From the NCBI RefSeq assembly GCF_037042905.1, contig NC_087250.1:8806001-8870000 (forward strand): a DNA stretch of 64,000 nt, in the 5' to 3' direction. A model generated the notes under the pieces. That model did no database searches. It saw only the letters and a list, made by a program, of their open reading frames with translations, and had not been told where the DNA came from. The stretch comes from Lytechinus pictus (lineage: Eukaryota). Shown piece after piece: positions 13,545 to 28,600 of the stretch. Each line of letters begins with the position of its first letter. The first letter of the stretch is position 1. A program made the position numbers and the translations under genes.

Positions 13545-14129
13545 AAGGCTTGTAAAACTTGTTATAATAACAAATTTGCAATAACAGTTTAAAAGCTTCT
13601 GAAATCATTCAATTGGATTAGCTGATCATAAACTTGTTACAGAAACTGTGCAGCTGTTATTATGACAAGACTTTGTGAAACGGGTCCCTGGAATCTAGAT
13701 TGCATTCATTACCGAACGATAGGAAATTCTCGAGCAAGCTTTTTAATTTGTACTGTAATCCCTATTGTTTGAAGGGGCGGATGGGGGGGGGGGGGCAGGG
13801 GCCACCGCATCCCATGTTTTTATTTAAGTAACAGAACAGATTTGTACTGTAATCCCTATTGTTTGAAGGGGCGAAAGGGGGGGGGGCAGGGGCCACCGCA
13901 TCCCATGTTTTTTTTTAAGTAACAGAACTGCCGCCCACCCGAAATTTTGAAAACGTTCATTTTTTTACTGACATTTTTCACAAAATTTATCAAGAGTGAA
14001 CACGAAATCCTTCAATTTCACTTTATAAAATGCAAAAAACGTTCCCATGACATGATTATTGGTCGCTTCGCTCCAGCACTTTCAATTTTCTTCGAGAATG
14101 GTATCCGAGTACGGCCATGATCGATTTTA

Positions 14130-14315
14130 TGAGTAATAATAAAAAATAATAATGATGATACTAGTGATAACGATAATAGTAATGATGATGATGATCATAA
14201 TAATGATTATAATAATAATAATGATGATGATTACGATAATAATGATAACCACAACAACAACAACAATAATAATAAAAATAATAATGATATTGATAATAAT
14301 AATAATAATAGTTAT
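14130..14315. repeat. (AAT/GAT)n microsatellite
   Basis: Directly visible. Confidence 0.9.
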
Positions 14316-16652
14316 AACGTGATTCATATAGCGCATTTTTCCAGAGGACAAAGCCCAAAAATTGTATTACACCGGCTTTAGAACAAGCTAACAAGTGAAG
14401 AAATAGCCTACAATGATAAAAGAAGTGAAAAAAGTGAGAAACGGAAAGAAGGAAGGAAAGCATAGTTAAAGGGTTCCATGACATTTGTTCCTGCGGCAAT
14501 AGCTCCGCTCTATATTCCACACACTAATCAAATGAAAAATCTCAACCCTGGGTTTAACACTAAACCTAACCCTAAACCTATAAAACCCGATGGCAAACCT
14601 AACCCCAATCAAACACCTTAAATGAAATTAAGTCAGGAGCACATATCGTGTCGCCGAAAAGGTGATATGTTAGCCGTGTAACTCTCAATATAATATAATT
14701 AATTCAAAGGAAAAAAAACACACACTTACTTTCAACTCGTCAAGGCAACTCTTCACACATGTTTTTTAAACAATAATTATGACTGAAGAGAAAAGACATG
14801 GGTAGATACATTATTTTGGTACTAAAATAGATGTATACAAACTTTTGCTTATTAATCAACAGTTCTATGACCAACGTGGGTGTGCACGTCCCTCTATCAT
14901 CCATGAAAAACATTTAAATATTAATAATAAAAGCGAAATCTAAGAAAATTGTAATCTGCCCCCCCCCCCCGTTTTTTTAATCCCTGGATCCGCCTTTTAT
15001 GAACGTACTCACTTCTATTAGAAAGTGTTCACCTATACGGTCACAAATACCTTTACGAACACCGACCGAACGATGTCACCCATTTATTGCTAAGTATATA
15101 CTCGTTCGAACCAGGGGACAAGGAACGGGGGGGGGGGCTTCAGCCCCCACTTTTTTTTCCAAAACTATGTACAAAAACGTAAGAATTACCATCTGATTGT
15201 GATTTTTTGCACGGTCAGCCCCCTCCCCCGTATCAAAACCGTTTCGCGCCCCCTGCGTGCGGCGATCGTAAAGGTAGCAATCAAAGTTTATTTCAATAAA
15301 AGAAGAAAACCGAAAGAAACATATTATTATAGTGAAGGTTCCGCCAAAAACTAACAAAGCAATAGATTTCTAAAGTTTCAATTTCGTTTTGTCACACGCG
15401 AGCAGCTATCCAATATGTCATATGATATCAATAAGTCCATTTTAAATGACAATTTCTCCGAAAATTGAAAGTGATTTTATTTTGCAAATATAAATATTAA
15501 CATACCACAAACATTTCATAATCACTTCTGTGAGGAAAAAAGGAGAAGTCATCATGGCCCATTGATAAAGGAGAATATATGGAATTTATTTCAAATGACG
15601 CAAGGGGCAATGGCTCGCATGTGACGTCAACAATTCAAAAAAATTTAATTTCATAACTCCGTTATTCTTTCATGTATTTCCATCTAAATCTTCAGTAATA
15701 TTTTTTTCTTGAATTTCTCTGCTTTTTTAAAAACCAACTGATCGCCAGGGTGAGCGTCCCGTGTAATATTCCGCAATGAAAGAGGAATCCAACCCAAATA
15801 TTTTTTTTCAGAAGAAAAGAAAAATTAGAAATCAAATAATAAGAGAGTTACGAGTTCTTAAAAGTTGTAAAACTTGGTAATCACTATACCCATGGAGACC
15901 TCTAATTGGCCGCATCGGTGATGCCATAGTGATGTAAGGCAAGGACTACCCTTCCATTTACTCCAATACATAAGATGGTTAAAATGACATTTTTACTTCA
16001 AATTATATTTTTTCTTTTATTAGGACATTAAACAATTTGCTACTTGGTTATATTTTGATTATTGCCCCAAGGGAATGGGTACTTACAACAAATCCACATA
16101 TCCCTGATAATTAAATACATAATTTTGAGAAAGCTATCCCTACCACTTGTCATAACTTACTTAACCAGTTGCCGATTTGAAATTTACATACTCTTAGGGA
16201 TCTCAATACTACTAAAACAGCAATCACGTTCTTATTGCTTGTCCGATTTCATTTCTGTCATATTTCTCTTTTTGAGTAAATAACATATTGTGTCACAGGA
16301 GAGTGCAGAGAAAATTTGAATATTTCATATTTAATATAATAAAATATAAAAGAAACGGTTGAGTGGGTTGACACCATCACTGCCCTCATTTCCCTACTGA
16401 CCAGGATGTGCATTTGACCGTTTTATGAAATCAAGCAAAACTTAAAATATCATAACTTTCTTATTTTTCATCCGATTTTGATGACATTTTTCTCTTCTTA
16501 TTCAAATCAAATTTTCGATGGGGTGGACTTGTCCTTTAACAATGGAATTGAAACTGATCACATACCTCTGTAATGTTAATCAACTACATTCTTCAATAAG
16601 TACAAACTCGACATAAACACAAGGGACAAATATCATTCTTTTGAAACCAATA

Positions 16653-16658
16653 TTTATT
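16653..16658 (-). terminator. Candidate distal polyadenylation signal for plastin
   Basis: AATAAA on the minus strand followed by a U/GU-rich tract (tttgtcccttgtgtttatgt), at the end of a ~5.8-kb stretch poor in transposons. Proximal AATAAA candidates exist near 21740 and 21805. Confidence 0.3.
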
Positions 16659-19600
16659 TGTGAAACTAACTTTACCAAAATAAGCCACTTCCCTTACATC
16701 TGTATAAAGCATTTCTGCCCCATCTTTTCAAATATATATATTTTTTCACATTTGGAATGCCTCTACCAAATAAAACTATTTGCGGTTAACACAACTACAA
16801 AACACACATACTTTTAGCTATGTTATCATAAAACTCTAATATCAAGTTCACGATTACCATAAAGAACTTTTTTCGTGCAATTTTCACCTTTTGGTGGGCA
16901 ACATACAATGCTAATTATACATAAGGATATTCATGATTTTGATGTCAAAAGCGTGTTTTGCTAGGATAAACTACAAAACAAACAATTGGCATTCCATATA
17001 CATATAACGCATATATCTATGATGCTCATTCAATTTCAACAGATCCCTCTTAATATTTTGATTATCATGAGATGTTCAGGTTTTTATTATTGTAATTTCA
17101 TGTCATTTTGATCACTCTTTTTCTAACTTAACCTATACATTTGCTATTTTTTTTATCATTGAAAATGATGATTAAAGTATTACTGAAGAAACTAACATAA
17201 TCAATATTTCTAAAAACAAATGATTTATTATAAAAAAGCAGTTAAAGTCTAAAGTGTCATTTAAAGTTAAAGTCTCTTCAACATATAAGGCAAAAGAATG
17301 ATGAATTGACACTGGTTAAATACACTCAAGTAGTAGGCTCATTCTTGATCAATGTATATAACCATAACACTAAGTGAGTGTTGTATGTTTGACAATGGTG
17401 TTAACTAGGTAAAGTGTTTTCTAGTTAAAGTGTTTACTTAGTAAAGTGCTAACTATGTAAAGTGTTAACTAGGCAAAGCATTCACTTAGTACAGTGCTAA
17501 CTAGGTAAAGTTTTCACAAAGTAAAGTGTTCACTATCTAAAGTGTGAAGTAGGTTAAGTGTTAAACAAAGTAATGAGTTTGCTTAGTAAAGTGTAAACTA
17601 AGTATAGTGTTTGCTAGAAGGAACCCTTACTTAAAATTCCATTGAGATGACAGCAGATAACACTAACACAAAAATATGAGTGTTTAATTTCTTACACTGG
17701 AGTAGGTCAAGTGCTTAAAGATGCAATTATTGATTAACCTAATGATTTCTACAACGTGGATAACACCCTAAACTGAATATAAAGGCTGACGGTTATTACT
17801 CACAGAACCTCTTAGAAGTCACTGGTATTATGCATATCATTATATTTTATGTTCATTTAAATTCAATTCATATTAATGCAGTGATTACACCGATGACTTG
17901 TGATGCACGCTAATAGTCAAATGATAAAAATATGTGCATTAGAATTAACATGAACATTGAAACAGAAAACAATTTCCATAACTCTATAAACTTGATATGT
18001 AATTCCATGCATATTGCTACTGCTTATAAAAGCCCCTTTCACAATTGGTGGTTGTGACTGCTTACAACCCTTGCGATTGCGCACAACATATATCGTGACC
18101 AAATGATCGCAAACGATCGCAAGAGCGATTGTGAAAGCCCCTTGACATGTGGTCCACAATAAGCTCATTGGTGTGCACCTACCTATAACTGGTGAAAAAT
18201 ATAAAATGCGTCTACCACTTATAAACCCTATAACCCACTGCTTCAGTAATCAGTACACATTTTATTTAATATAGCATGCGCCAACACCCACATACCTTTA
18301 ATATACTCCTTATAATCGTAGGTACATGATTCAAATACGGGCCCCGTAACACACGTCCTAGCGATCGATCATGGCGCTGACTTCCACGACTGATCATACA
18401 CAATAATCAATGCAAGCAATCATAGAAATCAGATCTAAAATCGATAGCTTAGCTTTACATTAAGAAGCCCTGTACAAAAACAGATAATTTCGATAACAAA
18501 AGGATTTTGAGCCTATCGCATATCCAAGTACCTGATTGAAAAATCTCTAGATTTCAAATACACCACTACTTCATGTCCAAAAAGAATTTCATCCATGTAT
18601 AACTGTAATACATTGGACATGTACTTGGGAGTAATTTATGATTGTCTCTTTGAAAACAGCTGTGCATCAAACCACTGTTAAGCACATTAGGATAAACATC
18701 ATAATGCATATAGCGAATAGAGGAAGTTTCATAAAGGTATTCACAGAGTTATGCATGACTTTATGAATGAAAGCATATGAAGTGCCATCCGTTTAGCCAA
18801 TATCTTTTTTTATTATTTCACATTAGAATTGTTGCAAATTCTAAACGTTGCACGAACTATGCAGTAAAAGGTTAAGGGCATATTCAACATAGGCTGTGCT
18901 TCGCTTTTAAGTCACTTTTAATTTGAAAGCAAATCTCTTAATTGCCCTTTGCATCTGCTTTTATTGTGATCATTGATGCAACTCTAGAATAAGATATATA
19001 TTTTCATCTTACCACTTAATGAAAAATAAATCAATGTTAGTAAGAATATCAGTCGGCATCAGCTTTTCATCTAGAACTTATAATAAAACTTCCAGAAAAT
19101 ATTGAAAACCCTATGTAGCTTATCATAGTCAAGTCATTTGAAGCCATGCATAACTATTTGAAATTTTTGTGTGAAATTGCTCTCCCTAATTCTGCATACC
19201 CAGCTTGGGACTTCCTTTACAATATCTAATAACAGAAATAAGACGCACAGATACCAATATAAAAGGTCGAAAGACAGAATAACCGGTATTTTGAGTGAAA
19301 GATCAGGTTTACAGAGGCATTGTATGGATGCAAATCTGTGTATAATATAAAACAATTAGCGACTCATCTCAGTTTATGTACAAGTTGGACTAGTAACGTG
19401 TAGACATGATACTATGGCGGCAAAGGTGAGGTTGCACTAATACCTCGCAACATAGGAATGATTCTATTCACAAACCGGATAGAAACGATACATCCGACAG
19501 GAGTGTATAGTCGTATCACTGAGAAAAAGAATTCAAGAAACGATGGTCTCATCTCAATTTATGGGCAAGACAGACTAGTTGTATGCATACATGATACTAC

Positions 19601-22494
19601 AATAGGCAGAGGTGAGGTTGCACAAAATACATCAAGACCTCACAACCTTCTTAACTGACAGTATAGGAATGATTTTGTTCAAAAACTCGAAAAAATGATA
19701 TATTTCGAAGGAGTAGTAACATCATCCAGAAAATGAGAATAATCAGAAAATCATCTTGAAACGAGCGTGGAATGACATAAAAATGAGATTCTTTAAAGTA
19801 TAGAATGCTTGTGATTGAATGTAACAGTACATATCAGTCGTATATGACTTGTTTTTTTATATAGAGATACATTTTCCCACTCTCTCTATTTGTTGTAAAA
19901 AATAAAATTGATTTAAGCCTCTTATGGTGTTCATTGTGCAAATATCCAGAGAAACATTTTGTGCAATGCAAAAGAGAAAAAAAAACAATAACATTTCTCC
20001 TTGCCAAACCGACAAACATACAGAATTTCACTATTAATGAAAGAACGGTTTTCTTTGGAATGGTTTTGAAAACAGAGTATTCCATTGAAGGCAAGTAGGC
20101 ATCGTTTCTTCACAATGGTCACAACCTCGGGTAGAAAAAATAATTCTGTGAACGTGGAATGATCAGTCAACCAATTACATAATGTGGTATAAGAAATAAC
20201 AAACCTATGCAAACTGAATAAGAATGAACAGCTTTTGTTTCGCGGGCATGTCTGGCCACAAATATAGCTATGAAAATAAACTTGTTAACGTGGAATAATC
20301 ACTTATCTCAACTGTACTATATGAGAAGGAGGGGGGGGGGACAAAAATCACAATGCAGAATGGTAATTATTATTAAAACATCTAAGCCTTCCGTCTCCAC
20401 ACATTTGGCCATAATTATACACTGGAAATGAAATTGTGTCAACACAACATGGAATGATTATTGAACCAAAATGTACAATATGAGATTAAAAAAAAAAAAA
20501 ATCTTAGCATGATCAAGTTTCGGTAACATTATCACGCATGAATGCTTCCTTGGGATATAAAAGTTAATTGGTGGTCTACAATCTATGATATAAAGCTATA
20601 TAAAATAGTCATTATCAATTTCCAAATTGTACGAAAGGGCATTACATAATTAATCACCCCTTTAGTAACATTTGACATGAATGATTACTGGGGAATTTAT
20701 GTTCATTGATGGTTTATAATTTACGATATCAAACTACCCAGACTATTCATTATCGATTTCCATGTTGAATAAACAGGCATTATATTATATCGTCCCCTGC
20801 TTCAAGCTTAGAATATAATGACTTGAACTAACAGAAATACAAAAGATACAGAAATAAAGTTACTTTCATACATATATATCAACTGTGACTACATTTGTGA
20901 ACACTTTTAAAGATTCTAAACTGTATTGTACATGTGACCCTGCATGCGTGAAAGAATGAAAACAGAAAGAAATGTACAACAAAATCATCAGAAAATTATA
21001 ACCTACAATTTACAGACGAAAGAAGCGGAAAGAGAAGTACATCATAAGCCTATATGTATATATATATATATTTTTTTTTTACATTGTTCAAGCAATGAGG
21101 GGGGATTGAGTTATGTACCTATTCATATATTTCTAAATGTAATTGGAATTCGTATTCATGGAAGAACGCGGAATTACTGTCGCTGATTCGGAGTGGAATG
21201 CCTTGCTCATTTCGAAAATATAATACCGGTATCAACGATTTGATGATGAAATACAACTATACAAAATGTAATGAATGCGGCATGGCTGGTTCTGTAAAAT
21301 ACTTATTTGGTTCAATCCATGGAATATGACGTTTTGGTGACAGAAAATCATATTCAAAGAATTTTCAACGAAAGCAAATTCACCCATAAAGAAGAAATAA
21401 GCTCAGATTATCTAAAAGCGTGAATTCATTTTTATTTTTTGTTTATGCAAGTGAAATATTTTGAACATACATGTAGGCCAATTTTTATTTAATTAGTCCT
21501 GCCCTTGATTCTTATCAGTAGCAAAGTTTTAAATTGATCTAAAAAACGTTGCCTACAATAGAAACTTATATCTATCTCAAAATTGATTGCAACTAATAAG
21601 ACTAGGGCCATACTGTTTGTGAAACCGGCACTCTAGGCGTTCTGCAAAAATCAGAAAGCCATAATGATTCGTAAGGCGTTGGATACAAATTTGCCTAAAA
21701 TTGAATGTGAACCTTCTTTTCAAAAGATACGGAAATCATTTATTGTCCAAAACAATTTATATTGTAATTTATATGTTCCACCAATAAAATGTTGAATTCC
21801 TTTTTATTGTCTAGTCTAAAAAGAGATTTTTGTTTTTGTTTGATACGGTACATTCTCGCACATAACATATGTTTGATTTTTTTTATGGACAAGTGAATTA
21901 ACATGCAAAATAAAGGTTTATGCTGTTTTAATTTCGCCCAATATCCATAATACTAGTACGTGAAATGTGAACAGAGCAGCAAGGCCTATGCGATCAGGCG
22001 TCTGAGCATTCAACAAAAATGATCCTACCTGAACCGGTTTACATGTACTACAACATGGGGAGCTATAGCTTATTGGAAACCTTGGTTTTGCAAAGATCAA
22101 CTAAGAATTGTGTACAACAGTACTGAACAAAAAAATACAAAGTGATATAAAAAAAAAAAAAAAAACATTCATATGCTATAAACCAATACAAACAGTGAAT
22201 TATTCAGAGAATGCTTAGAAATATCCCACAGGGATTTCTCATACAAAATTATACATTTTACATTCAAGAATGCAAGCATTGATCAACAAAAAAACAATGA
22301 TATAAACAAAAGTAAGTACAGCCCCATTTGACATCTCACAACAAAACATAACATGTTTATTCATCCAAGAATAAGAACAAATCATCTGCGCCAAAACAAA
22401 GTTTACAAATTAATTTTTTCACTATACATCTGTATGCATGACTGATACCATTGGATTGATGATGCGAAAATTGATTACGTTGCTTTGATGATGA

Positions 22495-22668
22495 TTAAGA
22501 AGATTTGGTTAGAGTTCGGTCGAGCGCCATCAGGCAAGCGAAGATCGTCATGACCATCTTCTGGTTGACCTCCACGATGTCGTCTGGGAGCGCGTAGACC
22601 ATGGCGCCGTGTTTGCGAGCAATGCTGATGGTGTACTGGGCATTCTTCATCCTTATGTTATCCCTTTC
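22495..22668 (-). CDS. PLS: Plastin last coding exon ([34 protein letters not shown]...TKSS*)
   Basis: tctacag|GAA...TAA; 174 nt. Confidence 0.96.
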   Translation of the reverse strand, partial: ERDNIRMKNAQYTISIARKHGAMVYALPDDIVEVNQKMVMTIFACLMALDRTLTKSS

Positions 22669-25600
22669 CTGTAGATATAAAAAACATTCATTACAATATC
22701 TTAAAGCTAAATGATAGTAGTTGCAGTAAAACACTAATTTCGTGAGAAAGTCTGTAAAACCAAGGTTAAGTAACTATATCATCGTGGATCTAGATCTGGT
22801 ACAGTTACATAAACTGAACTTTGTGAAATCATAAAATCTAAGATGAAATACGATCACACTGAAGATCGCCAACACAGATAGGCACACGTGGGACAGTGCA
22901 TTATTATTGCTGGAATAAAGACCCGACGGAAGTGACCGAATCCGCGCTTATTTTGCTTATTTCTCAGCAATTACACAATTTCTTCCAGAATCCTTTGGCA
23001 CATATTTTTTATTCATACAAACAGACACTTGGGTGGTCATTATATTAGATTTGGTAAAAAGTCGTTTTGAGATCGTTACCAGAACTGAAATTTATCTTTA
23101 AACTATGTTGTAACCTTAGCAACAAGCATCAATATTACAGACTATATGCTTAAAGGGGTACTCCGGAGGGAAAACTTTTCCATCTAAGTAAATAAAGTCA
23201 AATTCACAGAGCAAAATGCTGAAAATTTTATCGAAATCGAGTAACAAATCACAAAGTTATTGAATTTTAAAGTTTAGCAATATTTTGCGTAAAAAATAGT
23301 TATATGCACGTCATCATGAATATTCATTAGGTGGGCTGATGATGTCACATCCCCATTATTACATGAAATCGTAATTGTTTCATTTTTTCATACATGTGTG
23401 AATAATGTGTCTCCTTTATAATGAAATAAGTTGCAGCAATGAATATATAATGCACTTAATCAGTTATCAATCCAATTTTTTTCAGTTCTTGTATAAAAAC
23501 ATTTGAATAAACCTTATTTCATATAATAAAATACAAAAGAACAAGTGGGGATATGACATCATCAATTTGCTCATTGAATATTCATAAAGACATGCCTAGA
23601 ACTGTTTCACCGGATTAATGCAAATCTTTAAATGGCCATAACTTTGTTATTCCTTTTCCGATTTGGATCAAAATTTAAGTGTTTTGTTTGTCTGATTTTT
23701 CTTTATCTGTTTAAATCATATTATCTTCAACCTGGAGCATTCCTTTAAATGATAAAATCTAAATGTACTTTGACACCTACCTATTTATTACCCTTTTATA
23801 CTTTTTTTGAAGCTGAATATTCCGCTATTCATTTTTTTGTTTATCAATGCAATTTATCGTTGTTTTGCCAGTACTTACTAGAAAGTAACACCTTTGTGTT
23901 TTTCCTCCTCATATTGTATGAAATCTATGTTCCTAATTTTAGTTTCCTTTTTCATATACTTGCACCAAAAAATATCAAAAGAATATTCATTCATTCATTC
24001 AGTTCGTATTTATTTTATCTCTAAAAACAATGAGTACATATTTGCACCAAATATACACATCAAGTATACAGATTAATAATAAAGTGTATAAATCATACAA
24101 AGTTAACTTAAGATAGATACAAAATTACAAATGATATAATTTGGCCTGTATAGTCATAGAAGAAATGAAATAGGAAGACTTAGAATAAAACCAGTAATGG
24201 CTTTATCGTTATTACTATCTTTATTGGACATTTTTCAATAAACACATTCATCATTGTGAATTCAGGGCCCCATCTTACAAAGAGTTGCGAATGATCTGAT
24301 CAACCACAACTAGGGAAAGCCAGCAACATCAACATTTAAAATGGATATTTGCTCGAAATATTTTCTAGATAGGCTATAAATTCATGCATTCATTGTTTTC
24401 TTGAATTTCAGTAGGCTTCTCTTTGTTTACAAAAGACATTGTGCAAATTTTTTGTAGAAAGAATTATGACATTGATGGATTTCCGTACAGCTAAGGTTGA
24501 TCGGATCAATCATAATTCGGATCAACCACAACTATGGAAAGCCAGCAACATCAACATTTAAAATGGATGTTTGCTCAAAGTATTTTCTAGATATGCTATA
24601 AATTCATACATTCATTGTTTTCTAGAATTTCAGTGGGCTTCCCTTTGTTTACAAAGGACATCGTGCAAATGCTTTGTAGAAAGAGTTATGAAATTGCTGG
24701 ATTTCCACACAGTTGAGGTTGATCGGATCAATCATATCTCTTTGTAAAACAGGCCAGGTGGGTGTTTCATAAAGCTGTTCGTAAAGTTACGCACAACTTT
24801 AAGCACTACAGGAACATGATATTAGGTGCTAAGTGAGCTACAAAGGGATAGTGTGGAATGAGAAAGGTCACCAGTCATGCGTAAAGACTTGCATAACTTA
24901 CGAACAGCTCTATGAAACACCCACCAGGTGGATGCTTCATAAAGTTGTTAGTTTATTAAGAGCGAAATTAAGAACGACTGGTGATCCTTTCTTACGCGCT
25001 AAATCATCACCAATGAACATTTAATAGGAATATCATTTACCATAAGAAAGGATCCCCGGTCGTGTTTAAAGGTCACTCTTGAATTACAGAGTTATATGAA
25101 ATGGCCCCCTGGCCTGTAAAAATTTTTCACAAAACAGTTACCAACAACTCAGTGACATGCAAATTAGACTTTTGATAATATCCCTCACTCACTATTTTTT
25201 TTTTTATTGTCTGAATTATACAATATTTCATTTTTGTACAGATTTGACAATTATGACCAACTTGACTGAACCATATAGTATCAAACAATGCTAATGCCAC
25301 ATGTTCAGTGAGGTATTAATCTTTGTTTCACTTGACAATGAGCAGAAAATGAGAAAATATCATATCAAATATAATAAAATACAAAAGAAATAGTGAGTGG
25401 ATGACGTCATCAGTCTCATCATTTCCATACTGACCAGGATGTGCTGTTTTGTGAAATTAAGCGAAACTTTCTTATTTTACATCCGATTTTGATGAAATTT
25501 TCAGTGTTATGCTTGTTGGATTTTTCTCTTTTTATCGAAATCAACTTTTGTTGGGGTGGACTTGTCCTTTAAAGTCACTCTTAAATTACAAACAGCTTCA

Positions 25601-28600
25601 TGAAATGACCCCCTGGCCTATAAAATTAAGCAATCTTACCTCCCCATTTTCTCCTGTCCTTGGGTCGATGTAGAGATCATATCTGACGCTGCTCGGCTTA
25701 ATGGCATCTACCAGGTCCAGTATAGGCAGGGAATCAGCGATTCGTGGATCTTTGAAGCTATTGATTCTGGAGGACTTCCCTGCTTCTTCGAGCTAACCAG
25801 AAAATAAAAGATAAATCATAATATGACTCGTTAACTTCTTGAATTAGTTATCACTAGATCAGTTTATACTAATAATAATAGCTGAGAATACAAAGCGGCT
25901 GCTATTATTACCTCAGCTTCAGCTTGAGCTACCATCACCAGCGCTCATTGCATGAAATGGCCCCATTTCATAAAAAGTTGATATGATAGCATTAGCAATT
26001 AACTTTTTCTGGAATATCAACTACCCTGATAACTGTGAAAATCCATTTTTTTTTATTGGCTTTTCTAATGACAATTGACTTTGCAGCAATAATTGCGATT
26101 GTAGTAACTTTTAATGAATTGGGGCCCAGATCAAGTATCCGCAGAGAATCAGGAATTCTTGGATCCGATTCTCGAGGTTTTCGCTGCATCTCAAGCGTAC
26201 TAGAAAATGCAAGATAAACCATAATATGACTTGTGAACATCTCAAATACTACTGGATCAGGTTTACCAGATCAAGTATCCACAGAAAATTATTGATCCCT
26301 GAATCTTTAAAGCTACTATTTCTTGAGGTTCTCCCTGCGTCTCAAGCTACCCAGAAAATGCAAGGTAAATCATAATATGACTTGTTCTTGAACGATTTAA
26401 TACTGGATCAGGTTTACCAGATCAAGTATCCACAGAAAATTGATTCGAGGATCTTTAAAGCTACTGTTTATTGAGGTTCTCCCTGCATCTCAAGCTACCC
26501 AGAAAATGCAAGACAAATCATAATATGACTTGTTAACTTCTCAAATGATTTACTACTGGATCAGGTCTACCAGAGCAAGCTGATCAACCATCCACAGACA
26601 ATTGATTCCTTGATTTTTTAAAGCTACTGATTCTTGAGGTTTTCCCAACGTCAAGCTAACCCGGGCACCATAACACAAAGTCTAGAGTCTGATCCAAATA
26701 ATCAAAATAAAGGAAAAGAAAGAATAGGGCTAGCTCAGGCCTTTCTTTAGAATTTTATTTTGCTAATTTGTATACCTACACGTGGTGTATGCGGCGCGGT
26801 GATGCAGGTATGTGCATGCAGGTAGGCACAGACCATGTTACGCACGTTGAGTTTGCAATTTATGGCACTGCTGGCTCCCTTGCTCGAGAGTGCAATAGTC
26901 GACTATTGCACTGCTGGCTCCTTTGCTGGAGTGTGCAATAGTCGACTATTGCACGGGTGTCATGTGTTGGCGTGCTATAGCTGATTCCTCTGAATGTCAT
27001 GTGATGTGCATTCATCCAATCAGTTGTCAAGGATCTATGTATGTGTTGTATAAAGCATGATATTGCACGGTAAGTTTGAACATAAGCACATGAGGAATTT
27101 GTCAGAATTCAGCGCATTGTGCAATAGGTTCTGATATTGCAGAGGCCTTGAACCTTGAAGAAGTACTATCCCATAAAGCGTACACGCTGTCCTATAGAGG
27201 CAAGTCATGCTGACCAAAATATGCATTTTGATGCACTGCTAAATGTTATTGATGGATAATAATATACAAATAGGCATGAGTGTGATGGATTTCGCATGAG
27301 GTGAAAGAATAGTCTCTTTCTTTTATCGAAGGCATGCCATTGCACAAATAAGAATATTCGCTATTTGTGTTGAATGCCTCAGAAGTTAGCGAAAATAAAA
27401 ACAATTATCAACTTTTCCCTTTGTGCATTTAGCCAGTAAGCCCTACAGGTATTGCACTTGCATTCATTCATCAAGCGCAATGAATTGAATCATATTTAAT
27501 ACGTCAAGATCGTGCAAAGGTACATTTTGGACGGTACGGGTGCAATGGTAAGTAGGCGTTGTATAATATCTTATAATCAACTCCAGAGCATGCACTATTA
27601 CAGACTATTTACCTTTGTATTTGCCCAGCTGACGATCTCTTGATCACCAAGGGGCTTGTCACTCTGGTTGATCTCCTGTAGCATACGCAGTGTATAGGCT
27701 CTCAACAGTTGCCATACAACAGCTGGACAAAAAACCAAAAAAAGGAACAAATCATAATTAACTCAATTCAACAGCCTAAAATGGGGCATTGGAGGAAATT
27801 TGTTCCATTTCCAAATCAAGCATAAGAACTGTTCCAAAAATAACTTGTGCGTGTTAATTCTTAATATTGCCCCCTGTGATGTGTCTTATATCTAAAATAT
27901 CAGGCTAAGCCTCAGGCTGGTCCAAACAGTTTCGAAGGTACCTTGCGTGTTTACTGTTTACAATTCTTACTATTGCCCCCAGTGATGATGTGTATTACAA
28001 GTATAATATCAGGCTATGCCTCAGGCTTATAAAAACTGTTCCAAAGGTACATTGTGTGTGTTAATCCTAAATATTGCCCTCAGTGATGTGTATATATAAT
28101 ATCAGGCTATGCCTTAGGCTTGTGAAAACTGTTCCAAAGGTACCTTGTGTGTGTTAATTCTAAATATTGCCCTCAGTGATGTGTATATCATATCAGGCTA
28201 TGCCTTAGGCTTGTGAAAACTGTTCCAAAGGTACCTTGTGTGTGTTAATTCTAAATATTGCCCTCGGTGATGTGTATATCATATCAGGCTATGCCTTAGG
28301 CTTGTGAAAACTGTTCCAAAGGTACCTTGTGTGTGTTAATCCTAAATATTACCCTCAGTGATTTATATAATATCAGGGTATGACTCAGGTTTGTGAAAAC
28401 TGTTCCAAAGGTACCTTGTGTATATTAATTCTTACTATTGCCCCCAGTGACATGTATTATATGTATAATATCAAGTTATTTGCCATTAGAGAAAAAAGTT
28501 CCAATTCCAAATCAATCATAAGAACTGTTCCAAGATAACTTGTGTGTGTTAATTCTTAATATTGCCCTCAGCAATGTATTATATGCATGATATCAGGCTA

